Positions 35,107 through 46,900 of a DNA stretch of 64,000 bases are shown here, piece after piece. The position numbers were made by a program, and so were the translations under genes. Every line of letters starts with the position of its first letter. The stretch's first letter is position 1. Source of the stretch: Geosiphon pyriformis uo1 (Eukaryota > Fungi > Glomeromycota); NCBI GenBank assembly GCA_016748015.1, contig JAAOMT010000494.1, positions 984,190-1,048,189 of the forward strand. The letters are read 5' to 3'. The notes beneath the pieces were generated by a model. It was given only the letters and a program-made list of their open reading frames with translations, made no database searches and was not told the DNA's origin.

Positions 35107-36647
35107 GGCTGATAAACAGTGGCTTCAACTAGGGAATCCTCTCCAAAGAAATTGATGTTGGCATGATTGGGTCTTTAGTTGGGCACATTGTTGTTGTTGA
35201 TCCTGTTGTTCTGAGCATCATTGTTTCTGGAGACTGGTGAAGACAGTGAAGGATTGTTGCAATCTCTTGAAAAATGTCCAGTTAATCCACAGTGATAGCA
35301 TACAGGTGGGCCACGATTTTGTTGTCTTTGATAAGATGGTTGCTGGGACTGATTAAAGTGTGGTTCAAATCTGGGTCTTTGTGGTTACTGATTTTCTCTA
35401 ACTGCTTGGGCTAAGGGTTCTAATAACCAAGCAAGATTTGCTGTGAGTCTGTCTATTAACTGTTCATTTGAATCTTGAGTGTGAGTGGCAAAAGAAGTAG
35501 CAGCCATTTGAGGGGCAGGAGCCATGACAGGAACAGGAGCAAAAACTGGTAGTGTAGATCCCAAGTGCATCCTTTGGTTGTCTTCAATTCTTTGTGCTAA
35601 TTCAATGGCCATATCCATGGTGGGATTATCTTTCAGGGCCAGGAGAGGCCAAAGAGCATACCATAGATCAGTTCTCAATCCTTTTGTGAAGGAGTGAATT
35701 TTCTGCTCTTTTGTCCAATTTCTTCCAGTGTCTACTCATTTGATTAACTTTCTGATTGCTTTGGCATATTTGGTTACAACTTCACCAGGACCTTGGGTTT
35801 TTCTTTCCAATTCTATATGCCATTTTGATATTAATATTGGGGTTCTGAACTTGTTTTCAAACCAGGTAGTGAAAGAAGTGTTGATTTCTCCCACATTTGC
35901 TAGTGTCCATCTAACGATTCTTTGCTGGGCATTGACATCTGTTTCTTGTGAGAACCAGGTAGCAGGAGATCCTTGAAGGTAGCCACTGACAATTTGGAAC
36001 TTATACTCATCATTATATTGATTGGCTGTAGCAGCTCTTTCAAAGTCATCTAACCATTTAATTGGATCTTGTGCATCACCTCTAAATAATGGTATTGGGG
36101 TGTTGTTTCTTCACCCTAGAGCAGTTTGTATACCTTGGAGGGTGGCCAGAATGTTTGCTTGCATGGGGTCATTAGCCATTGGTTCAGGAGTAACTGTTTG
36201 TGTAGACAAGTCTAATTCACTTGATAAAAGATCAAAAACAGGGGCAGTTTGGTAGCTTTCTTCTTCTGTTTCAAAGGAAGTTTCAGTTGCTTGATGGGCA
36301 GCAATCCAAATGTGGATTTGATGATTCAGATATTCGAAATCAGGGGGCTGTTGTTTAAAGGTTGCAGAATATAAGAGCTGATTGATACTGTTGTTTCTTT
36401 CTTCAAAATTGTTTTCAAAATAAGCTTGGTCAAAATAATAGGTTGTATAAGCTGTGTAGGTTTCAGCTGAATGCTCGTTCAGGAACCAGTTCCAAAAGTC
36501 TTGGAATTGTCTACTAGATTGTTCTTCAAGGGGAAAGCAGATCAAGCAGGAGGGCAGAGGATTAAGTTCAATGAAACTTTGGTCGTTTCTGTTGTGTACT
36601 GCAAAGTGTTCTTCTGATTGCTATGGCAGATATGAGTAATCACCCAT
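35094..36647 (-). pseudogene. gag: Gypsy A1 gag (518 codons) with long N-terminal extension and CCHC knuckle
   Basis: ATG at 36647 is in frame with 36111-36545 and 35385-35678. Contains PLFRGDAQDPIKWLDDF and CYHCGLTGHFSRDC; ends QPLNW-TAG. Confidence 0.85.
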
Positions 36648-36674
36648 ACAATGAAGGAATAAGTGAATTTTGAC

Positions 36675-36693
36675 AACCTCACAGGGAGCACTA
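36675..36693 (-). promoter_or_regulatory. Primer binding site of Gypsy A1, elongator tRNA-Met-like
   Basis: + strand aacctcacagggagcac(t)a, 6 nt from the LTR. CCA is intact in copy A3 (59988-60006). Confidence 0.8.
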
Positions 36694-36699
36694 CTTTTA

Positions 36700-37333
36700 T
36701 GTTAAAAGGTTGGAGTAACAAGCTAACAGATAGCAAAAGAGAACAGTATTGTATGGTGATAGAAATAAACAAAGAAGGAATTACAATAAGAGAGCAAATT
36801 GAATAAGTAGGAATTCAATGTGCATGATCAGTCTCATAAAAATCACAGTTGCTAATCTTTTTTTAAATCTGAAGATAGAGGAATAGTCTGTGATTGTCAA
36901 CAAGATAACACCACTGCTATTATTCTATGCCTTAACTCGGCAATTTTTAGAATCAATAACAGGTATCATTGTACTTTTCAATCATTTTTTTATTCAATGA
37001 ATTACAAGAGCAAGCCAATTGCTTCTCAGGCTAATTCTAACAAATACAAATCAAGAAGGGGAAAAGATAAATGCCAACAAGTAGATACTTGAAGGTAAGA
37101 AAAGGGGAATAAGTGATTATGAGAGGAAGTAATTGATATTGTTTATTTCATTACTTTGATCATGTCTTTCTACAGCTGAGGGAATCATTGCTTATATAGC
37201 TGTCTAAAGTGGTCAACGGTCAGATCATTAATCAGATCAATAATCACTATCTAAAAATAGGGTGGCTAATTATATGACATCATTGGCTAATACATATGAT
37301 AATTAATAAAAACTATGTGTTTCAATCATAACA
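36700..37333 (-). repeat. 5' LTR of Gypsy A1 (634 bp)
   Basis: Direct repeat of 29362-30039, with fewer 12-bp units. Confidence 0.95.
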
Positions 37334-39354
37334 TTATGATAACATTTGGTGCTCTAAATTTAGATAAAAAAAACTTAAAGATTTCTATTTTAGATACTTA
37401 AAATAAATTAGTAATATCAGTTTTTAAGGATTTTTGCTAATTTTATTTATAAAGTTCTTTGGTTATAAGGCACAAAGAAATGGTTTGGTTATTTTGCAGC
37501 TTAAGTATATAAGCTATTTTTTCTGAGCTAATCAAGTGCAATCACTAGGATCTAACAGTGTTTTTTTGCTTTTCTGATAAGTTAATAAGATAATATTAAT
37601 ATTAATTTTAGGGAAAGCTTTTTTTTTTACCAGACTATTACAAAGTTTATTTTTAAACAGTTGATTTTACAATATTGCCACTTTATAAGAAAAAAATAAA
37701 ATAAAATAAATAAAAAATAAATAAAAATAAATAAAATTAGTATTATTAATTGTCATAATCAAGAGCAATTAGTCCAAGTTATTATTTTTTTAAATAGTTT
37801 TATGCTAAAAATATCTAATTAAAAATGAAGATAAAAAAATAATTAGTTCAATTTAAATATAAAATTTGTAGATCATATATAAGTGATTTTTGGTTTTAAA
37901 TATTTTTTTTATTTGAAGTAATATAGATATATAAATAAAGTGAATTTAAGAATATAAGTAGAAGAATATATTTTTCTATCTGTCTGTCTCTTTTTTTTTC
38001 TTTATTGTTAAAACTACTTATTTTTATGCATATTTTTAGTTTTATAAAATTGTTTTTAATTGTTTATTATTTTTAATTATTGCTTGCTATTTCTGTTATT
38101 GTTTTGTTTTTTTATATTATAATTAGTTATTTTATATTATGGCTAGTTATTTCATGTTATTGCATATTATCTTGTATTATCTTAAGTTATAATATATTAT
38201 TCTGTATTATTTTGTATTATCATGTTTTTCTAAGTTATTATGTTTTTAATCATGTTTTTTTCAATATTTTTTAGATTGGTTTTTTTTATTCGAATAACAA
38301 TATCTAAACTTTAAAAGTCATTTTCACATTATAGACAATCAAGTATGCATAAAATAGTCAAACTTAAGTGTCTTTTTAGAATTAATACTTTCAAAAAATT
38401 TTAAAACCAATAATTTCAACCCATAAAATCTAAAAAAATACTTATTTTAAGTTTTTGAAATTATTAGACCAATGTTTAAAAAACACTTTGTTAGCAAAAA
38501 CTATTATTACATTTTTTAATATCTTTTATTGCATTTAAATTTACAGTTTTTTTTACTTTCTTAAACTTTTTCAAAACTGTTAACATATTAATTAGAAAAT
38601 ACTTCTTGAAATCTTTTTACTTGGTCTCTGTAGCATCTCTTAAGTTGTATTTTCAGTGATTTTTATTAGTTTGTTTGTAAATTTTACTAAAATAAACATC
38701 TAATAAACCATTCAAATTAATTAATACTAAAACTATATTGTAATTTGTATTAAAATAGTTAAAAACTGTTTTAACTTTTTGCTTAATAACTATAAATGTT
38801 AAATTTTTGCTTACAAAAATATAATCAATAATCTTTTTTGCACTTTTAAAGTTGTTTTAAGTAAAAATTTTAACCAAAACATGGTTTTTAAATAAGTTTA
38901 TCAAACTTAAATCCAGACATTTCTTAAATATAACACTTTTTTTTGGATCTGTTTTTATTAAAATTACCATTTAAAACAACAAACAAATTAGTATTTACCA
39001 TATTAATGATAAATAAATTGACTTTAAAAGCTAAACTGAACCAGATTCTAGATATTATAATTAAAAGTTTATTGTTAAACAACAAATAAACTAAAAAAAA
39101 ATAATTAAAAATTTCAAAAACTTTACATATATGTTTAGCAAAATTATTATTTATTATTATTGTTATCTCTATGTCCAAATAACCAAAGTTTAAACCAGAA
39201 ACATAAATTTTTATGCCCAAAAATCTGTTTTTGATTTAAAATCTAATCTGTTCTTTCAACTTTAATAAATACAGAAACCATATTGTTAAAATTCTTATGT
39301 CACCTAATAATGTTTTTTTGTTTAGCTATATTGTTTATTTTTTTAATATTATAT

Positions 39355-42300
39355 TGTTATAGGTTGGAGTGACAAGCTAACAAATAGCAAGGAAGAACAG
39401 GATTGTAGGATAATAAAAGGAATCAAAGAGAATTTAACTTCAAAGAGCAAATTGAATAAGTATGGATTTAATATGTGAGATCAGTTTCATAAAATATCTC
39501 AGTTGCTATATTTTTTAAAAGATAACTGGAGAATTTAAAGGTAAAAAGATAGTCTGTACTGTCAACAAATAATTACACATTGGTATAATTCTATGTTTCA
39601 CATTAGCACTTTTAGAATTTAATATTAGGTATTAGATATACTTTTCAGTCATGTTTTATTCAATAATCTTCAAATGCTACAATTTATACAAGTCAGGAAA
39701 AGGGTAGATAAATACCAACAAGTAATTTTTTATTCCAAAATGTTTAGATACTTGAAGGTAAGAAAAGAAAATTTAGTAATAAGAGAAGAATTGAAATGAA
39801 GTTGTTATTTTATTTCTTTTTTTTTCTTTGATTTTTACATGCTTTTTTACAGCTAATGATGAAAGCAGTTTTCTTTTTGCTTTCTGAATCCATTTCTACT
39901 TGCCAGAATCCAGCAGTTAGATTAATGGTTGAAAAGAAAGCAGCACTATTGAATTGATTTAATATTGCATCAATCTTGAAAAATGGGTACATGTCTCTTT
40001 TAGTGATGATATTTAGTTAGTGATAATTAACACAAAAGCATAGAGTTCTACCTTTCTTAAATACTACTACAACTGGAAAAGTCTATTCATTCTTGGTTTT
40101 TTGTATGAATCCAAGTTCTTTCATTCAGTTTATTTCTTTCTTAATAAACTTATTATTGTGTTAATTGAATTGATAAGACTTCAAATAGATAGAATAAGTT
40201 TCTCTGATAATAATAGTGTGTTGTATTACATGGGTTTGTTCAGGAGTATTACTTTCTTTGGAGATAATTGGACTGTTTTTAGCCAGCAGGTTTTTAATGT
40301 CTATTTTTTTTTCTTTTGGGAAGGGTTTTTTTTGTTCTACTGCTAGAGATTAGATCTTAGGTGGTTTATTTTCAAAGAACTTTTGCATTTCTTTAATCTT
40401 TTTTCTAAGTATCAAACTGATTGGTTCCCAATCTCTGTAATAAATAGGCAGGACATACATTTATTGCTAAGAAAATACAATGGTTTGTTACACCAGCACT
40501 GAGCATAAGAACCATGTTACTAATAACTGTATTTGGCTTTTTTGCCAGACTTCTAGTCAAAGGTTCTTTGAAGCATGTCATAGTAAGGCCAACAAATCAT
40601 CTTATTATTGACAATGATTTTCTTTTTGTTAGCTTTGATATTATCTAATGTCTTGCCATTGCTGGTAAAAGTTGTATAGACAAGTTTAGCAGTTTCTTTT
40701 TGTTCTTGTTTTTTTTCTTCTTTGTCACTTTTTTCATTATCTGATTTGTCTAATTGTTCATCTTTTTGGCTTTGCTTAGGTACTAAAAAAGTTGTCCAAT
40801 AACAGTATTTAACCACAATAGGTTTTTCATCACATCTGATGATTAATTCACACAGTTTATAGTCAAGCAGTGCTTTAGCTTTCTTAAGTTATTTATTGCC
40901 AACAATAATGGTATATTCTTTAACTTCAAGAATTTTCATGTTAGTTTTAATGTTGATACTATTGATACAAACAGGAACAGCTTTGGTTATGTCCAGACTT
41001 TTCTTCTTGTCATCATGTATATTGGTTATTGATTAAGTAAAAGACTTATTAATCTTTCTGTCAATTGTTTCTAGGAAGTGTTTGGCAATAACACTAACAA
41101 AAGATCTACTGTTTAGGATCAAGTCAATAAAATAGCCAGCCATTTGGGTCTTGCAGATTAGAGGAGTAATATTGCTGTTGTTAGTAAGTTCAGTTTGTTA
41201 AAGATGTTTGTTAATCTTTGGTGTTTTTTTTTTTGGGATCAATGATTTGTGAAGATCTTTTTTAAACTATGGATGGGTCATTAACTGGCCAAAAGTTATG
41301 TGTATAGGAGTTTCCATAAGGTTTTTAATAACAGAATAAAGACCAGATTTTTGTACTATCTCTGGGAGTTTCAACTTTAGAGGGTTCTTAAAAACTTTAA
41401 TCTTTGATGGCTTATTGTTATTAGCAATAGAAGTTAAGGCTTTGTTGAAGTCTAAAACAAAATTAATCTTAGCTTTTTTTTTTTTGTTGAATTAGAGAGG
41501 TTGATTGTCAGTTTATTCATATCATGGTCATTATCAGTTAAGTTAAAAGCATAAAAAAAGTTTTCTTTTGGTTGGCTTGCACTTTTATCTTTTGGAGGTG
41601 CACTTACCAATTTAAAGACTGATAAACAGTAGTTTTAACTAGAAAATCTTCTCCAAAAAAATTAATGTTGACATAATTGGGTTTTTAATTGAGACCATTG
41701 TTGTTGATGGTTCTGTTGTTTTAATTATCATTGTTTCTAGGAGCTGGAAATGGCAAAAAAGAATTGTTGTAATCTCTTGAGAAATGTTTAGTTAATTCAC
41801 AACAGTAGCACACAGGTGGGCCACGATTTTGCTGTCTTTAATAAGAGAACTGCTAAGGCCAATTGAAATGTGGTTCAAATCTAGATTTTTGTGGTTGCTG
41901 GTTGTCTTTGACTGCTTGGACCAATGGTTCTAATAGCCAAGCAAAATTTGCTATAAGTCTATTTATCAACTGTTTATTGAGGTCTTAAGTTTGGACAGCA
42001 AAAGAGGTAATAGTTATTTGTGAAGCAGAAGCCATAACAAGAGCAAGAGTAAAAACTGGAAGAGTAAATCTCAGGTGCGTTTTTTGGTTATTTTCTATTT
42101 TCTAGACAAGTTCAATAGCCATATCTATTGTGAAATTATTTTTCAAGACCAGAAAGGGCCAAAAAGCATATAACAGATCTGTTTTTAATCCTTTTGTAAA
42201 GGAATAAATTTTTTGCTCTTCTGTTCAGTTTCTTTTAGAGTCTACTTTTTTAATTAACTTTTTGATGGCTTTGACATATTTAGTTACTACTTTACTAGGA

Positions 42301-43924
42301 TCTTGGGTTTTTTTTTTAGTTCTATGCACCATTTAGAAATTAGGATAGAAGTTCTGAATTTATTTTCAAAGTGAATAGTAAAAGAGGTATTTTCTTTTTC
42401 AGTATTTGTTGGTGTCTATCTAATAATTCTTTGGTAAGCACCAGTATTGATTTCTTGTAAGAACCAAGTAGCAGAAGAGCTTTGAAAATAACCACCAACA
42501 ATTTGGAACTTGTATTCAGCATTATATTGGTTAATAGTAGCTGTTCTCTCAAAATTATTCAATTATTTAATTAGATCTTGTGCATTACCTCTGAATAAGA
42601 ATAGTGGGGTGTTGTTTTTTTGTCCCAAAGCAGTTTGTATATCTTGAAAGATGGCTAAGATATTTGCTTACATGGGGTCAACAGCCATTGGTTTAGGAGT
42701 AATTGTTTGTGTAGATAAGTCTGATTCACTTGATAAAAGATCAAAAACAAGAACAGTTTGGTAGCTTTCTTCTTCTGTTTCAAGAGAAGTCTCAACTAAT
42801 TAATGAGCAGCAATTCAGATGTGGATTTGATGATTCAAATATTCGAAATTAGGAGACTGTTGTTCAAAGGTTGTTGAATATAAAAGTTGATTAATGTTAT
42901 TGTTTCTTTCTTTAAAGTTGTCTTCAAAATAGACTTGATTAAAGTAATAGGTTGTATAAGCTGTGTAGGTTTTAGTTAAATGCTTGTTCAAAAACCAGTT
43001 CCAAAAGTCTTGGAATTGTCTACTGAATTGTTCTTCAATGGAGAAGCAAATCAAGCAGGAGAATAAAAAATTGAGTTTAATAAAGTCTAGATCGTTTTTG
43101 TTGTGTGCTTCAAAGTGTTTTTCTGATTGTTGTGACAAGTATAAATAATCACCCATACAATAGAAAACAAAGTGAATTTTTGACAACCTTACAGGAAGCA
43201 CTACTTTTATATTATAAGTTGGAGTAACAAGCTAATGGATAGCAAAGGAGAACAGAATTGTAGGGTAATGAAAGGAATCAAAAGAAATTCAACTTCAAAA
43301 AATGAATTAAATGAGTATGAATTCAATGTGCAAAATTAGTCTCATAAAATATCTTAGTTACTATACTTTTCAAAAGATAACTGAAAAATCTGAAAATAGA
43401 AGAATAGTCTGTATTGTTAACAAATGATCACATACTGGTATAATTCTATGCCTCACATCAGTACTCTTAAAATTCAATATCAGATATCAGATATACTCTT
43501 TAGTCACATTTTATTCAATAATCTTCAAATACTACAATTTATACAAGTTAGGAAAAGAGTAGGTAAATGCCAACAAGTAATTTTTTATCCTAAGATGTTC
43601 AGGTACTTAAAAATAAGAAAAAAAAATTTATTGATAAGAAAAAAATTAAGATAAACTTGTTATTTTATTTCTTTTTTTTCTTTGATTTCTACATGCTTTT
43701 CTATAGCTAAAAGATTCATCACTTATATAGTTATCAAAAGTAGTCAATAATCAGGTCAATGACTAAGTCAATAATTAAGTTAATGATTAGGTCAATGATT
43801 AAATCAACAGTTAGATTATTGATCAGATCAATAATCACTATCTAAAAATAAAATGGCTAATTATATAATATTAGTAGCTAATACATGTGATAATTAATAA
43901 GAAGTATAAGTTTCAATCATAACA
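39355..43924 (-). mobile_element. Gypsy family A copy 2, internally deleted (most of RT, RH, IN, ORF3, PPT and 3' U3 missing)
   Basis: TSD ATAT on both sides. Partial LTR 39355-39854 is fused to RT sequence at ~39855; full 5' LTR at 43210-43924; PBS ~43185-43203; gag/PR homology to A1. Confidence 0.9.
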
Positions 43925-46900
43925 ATATTACAAATTTCCAGATATAATTAATTATTAAGATAAAAAAATTGTTAAAGAATCTAAATTAGCACACAATTAA
44001 TTTAACTTAGCTAAAACTTAGCCAATAGTAACTTTAAAAACAATTAATTTTGATTTTAGGTTATTTATTTTGGCTGTTAAAACTTTAAAACTGCTTGGAT
44101 TTAGATTTAAAATATTAGTTACTATTAATAAAAGAAATAAAAACAAATTTTGAGAATTATCTATAACTATATTCGAATTTAAACTCAGATTTAATGTTAA
44201 TAAAAAAGCTAAAATAAAAGATTAAAAAACAAAAACCAGAGACAACAAGTCTATATTACTTAGTTTATACACAATTCCAGAAATCTAGCCAGCCAGCAAT
44301 TCTAATAAATATTCCAAAAAAACTAAATAAATTTTAATAGATAAAATATTTTGCAAAAAGAAAGAGCTTTAATATTATATAAAATACCAAAAAAAAGAAA
44401 TAGAAAAAATTATTAAGAATAAAAGTTAACAAAATTATTTAAGTTCATAATTTGTTATCAAAGACAACAAAACACAAAATAAATGAAGAGATATACTAAA
44501 TATATTGTACTTTAAAGCAAAATGCTCATAAAACTTATACTTTTTATATTTAACCAAATTTAATCTAGTTCAAAAAAGTTTTATATTACCAAAAATTAGC
44601 TCTGTAAAAAATCAATTCTAAATTATTTTTTGATTCAAAACTAATCACAGCACAATAAACTTTATTACCAGTTTCAAATAAACAATTGATAATACAAGTT
44701 TTTTTATTAGCTTTTTTCAATAAAGCACTTAGATTATAAACTATTGTTTTTACAGACAAAATAAACAAAAGTGTTCTAAAACAATTCTTAAATATTTAAA
44801 AATTTTGATCTTTTATAGTTTTTATCACATATACTGAATTTTTCTCAATTAAGAATGATTACTTAATTGTTAACTGATTTGTCTAAACCAATTCAGCAAA
44901 TTTCATTACAGCTTTTGTTATAGTTCTATTAATTATAATTAAATTGATACAATTTAACCAAATTTAAATACTACAGCAGTAATTATTTTTTTGATATATT
45001 TATAAAAATTTGTTTGATTATTACAGTTTAATCTAAATAAAATTTTTGTTTTTTGAGATTATTGTTTACAATAATATTTTTTTTTCTGGCCAATAATGCA
45101 GTCTTTTTCATGCTTTTTTCTAATATAAATATAGATCTGATAATTTTTTCAAATTTTAAAAGGATAGTAATTCCTCTAAAACTATTGATTTTTGAAAATT
45201 TTTTTGATAACCTGAATCTTTGCTATTGCCAATTTGTTTTTTACTGCTAAAAAAATTAATATTTAAGACAAATAATTTTCTAACAGATATTTTTACTTGA
45301 GTTTTGGTAATCTTTGAGTTAATCTATTTTTTGTTTAAAAAATAAGAAGATAAAAAGATAAAAAAATATTATTATTATCTATATTATATTTGAAAAAACC
45401 AATTAAAAAACTAACAACAATATTAATATTAACTTATTTGGCTTTAGAAGTATTTATTCTGGAATTAAACTGTTTTTTATTTTTGCTATTTGTTTTATAT
45501 TCAATATTACTACTAAAAAAAATTATCTCAGACATATTTTTATCTGTATTTATTTTAACAACTAACTTATAACATATTTTAATTCACTAAAACTTAAATC
45601 TGCTTTATTATTTGAATGTTTAACTTTGCCAAAAAAAGCTTTTTGCTTTTAAGCCAAGCTTTTACTTGCTAAATCTAATGCCAAAATTCTGACTAATTTT
45701 TTTTAATTGTAAGACTATTTATAATAATAGCCAATTTAATAATAAAAAGATTTATTACTTGAAAAATTATGGAATACAAAACAAAAAAAACAAAAAAAAC
45801 TTTTTTTTATAAAACTATGCTCTTTGGAAAATTTGAACATAAAAAGAAAGAAGTTTTTTAATGTATTTTATTATAATATATTTTATAAAAACTAATAATT
45901 ATGCAAATTAAAAAAATAAAAGAGTTAATATTATTGTATTAGTTTTTTGCTTTTAATAAATTTAATCTAATTATAAATAAATTTTTATAGCTTTGAAAAG
46001 TTTTGTTTATATATTTTTAAAAAAAATTAATAAATAAATTAGTAATTATATTAATAATTTAGTTTATAATTAAATTAATAATTATATTAATAATTATGTT
46101 AAAAATTAATTTTTAAAATAAAATAATTAATTAATAATATTATTAAATATATATAATTAATTATAATTAAGTAAATAAATAAAACTAAAAAATAAAGTTT
46201 TAATTTTAATAATATAACACAAATATAATTAAAATATAATAATTAAATTATACAATATTTTAAATTATAAAATATTTAAAAATTAAACAGAAAAACAAAA
46301 GATATATTTTTTTACCAAAAAATTAATAATCAATTTTTTTTATGTTCTATAATTTTTTTTTTCTTAAAAAAACAATTTTATTTTAAATATAACAATAAAA
46401 TTATCTTGAATATATTCTTTTTTTAATAGTTTTTTAGTAATTATTTTTATTTTTTAAATAGTTATTATATTGCTTAAATTTTAATAAATAATTAATAAAT
46501 AAATTAATAATAAATTTTATATAACTTTTAAAATTTTTAGTCTAAACAATTCAAAAAAATCAAAAATTACAAAAGTTTTAATATTAATTCTAATATAATT
46601 AATAATAACAATTTTAGAATAATTAAAGATTTCAAATTTAAAACTTTTTATTATATTATAAAATTATAAAAATTTAATAATGTTTTTTTTAAATCTAAAA
46701 AACAATAATCAACAAAATAATAAAATAATAATTATGTTTTTAATCTAAGATTCAATTAAATATTTGTAAATTTTTTTGAAAAATTTTTTCTAATTAAAGT
46801 TACTAAATATTAGTTTTTAATTAGTAAATACATTTTTTAAGAATAAAAATACAAACCAAAAAAAAAAGTTTTTAATTAGTTTTAATTTAATTAACAAAAT

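Larger units (their letters stand above)
29362..37333 (-). mobile_element. Ty3/Gypsy LTR retrotransposon family A, copy 1 (best preserved)
   Basis: Two TG..CA LTRs, TSD TTAT (29358-29361 / 37334-37337), PBS and PPT, gag then PR-RT-RH-IN order, plus ORF3. Confidence 0.95.
29333..38299 (-). mobile_element. Solo LTR of family B (29333-29361 + 37334-38299), split by Gypsy A1
   Basis: Starts tgttacaagtaaacttggt (cf. 51802), resumes ..taacatttggtgctct at 37340 and ends ttcgaataaca. Flanks ATGC/ATAT are a 4-bp TSD after G>A and C>T decay. Confidence 0.8.
25640..45865 (-). mobile_element. LINE copy C, full length, interrupted by two LTR insertions (29333-38299 and 39355-43924)
   Basis: 3' motif at 25713-25756. 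RNase H/RT region 25765-29332, endonuclease 38300-39354 (LNGNFN), ORF2 start and ORF1 at 43925-45720. LINE sequence resumes colinearly across both insertions. Confidence 0.8.
25336..46211 (-). mobile_element. Ancient family A-like LTR split by LINE C (halves ~25336-25640 and ~45870-46211)
   Basis: The left half starts tgttata.. and contains tagtcttataaa..agttgct. The right half has tttttatagct, tttatata (TATA), ~6 decayed 12-bp repeats and the terminal aaagttttt-aattttaata, in the same order as intact family A LTRs. Confidence 0.5.
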
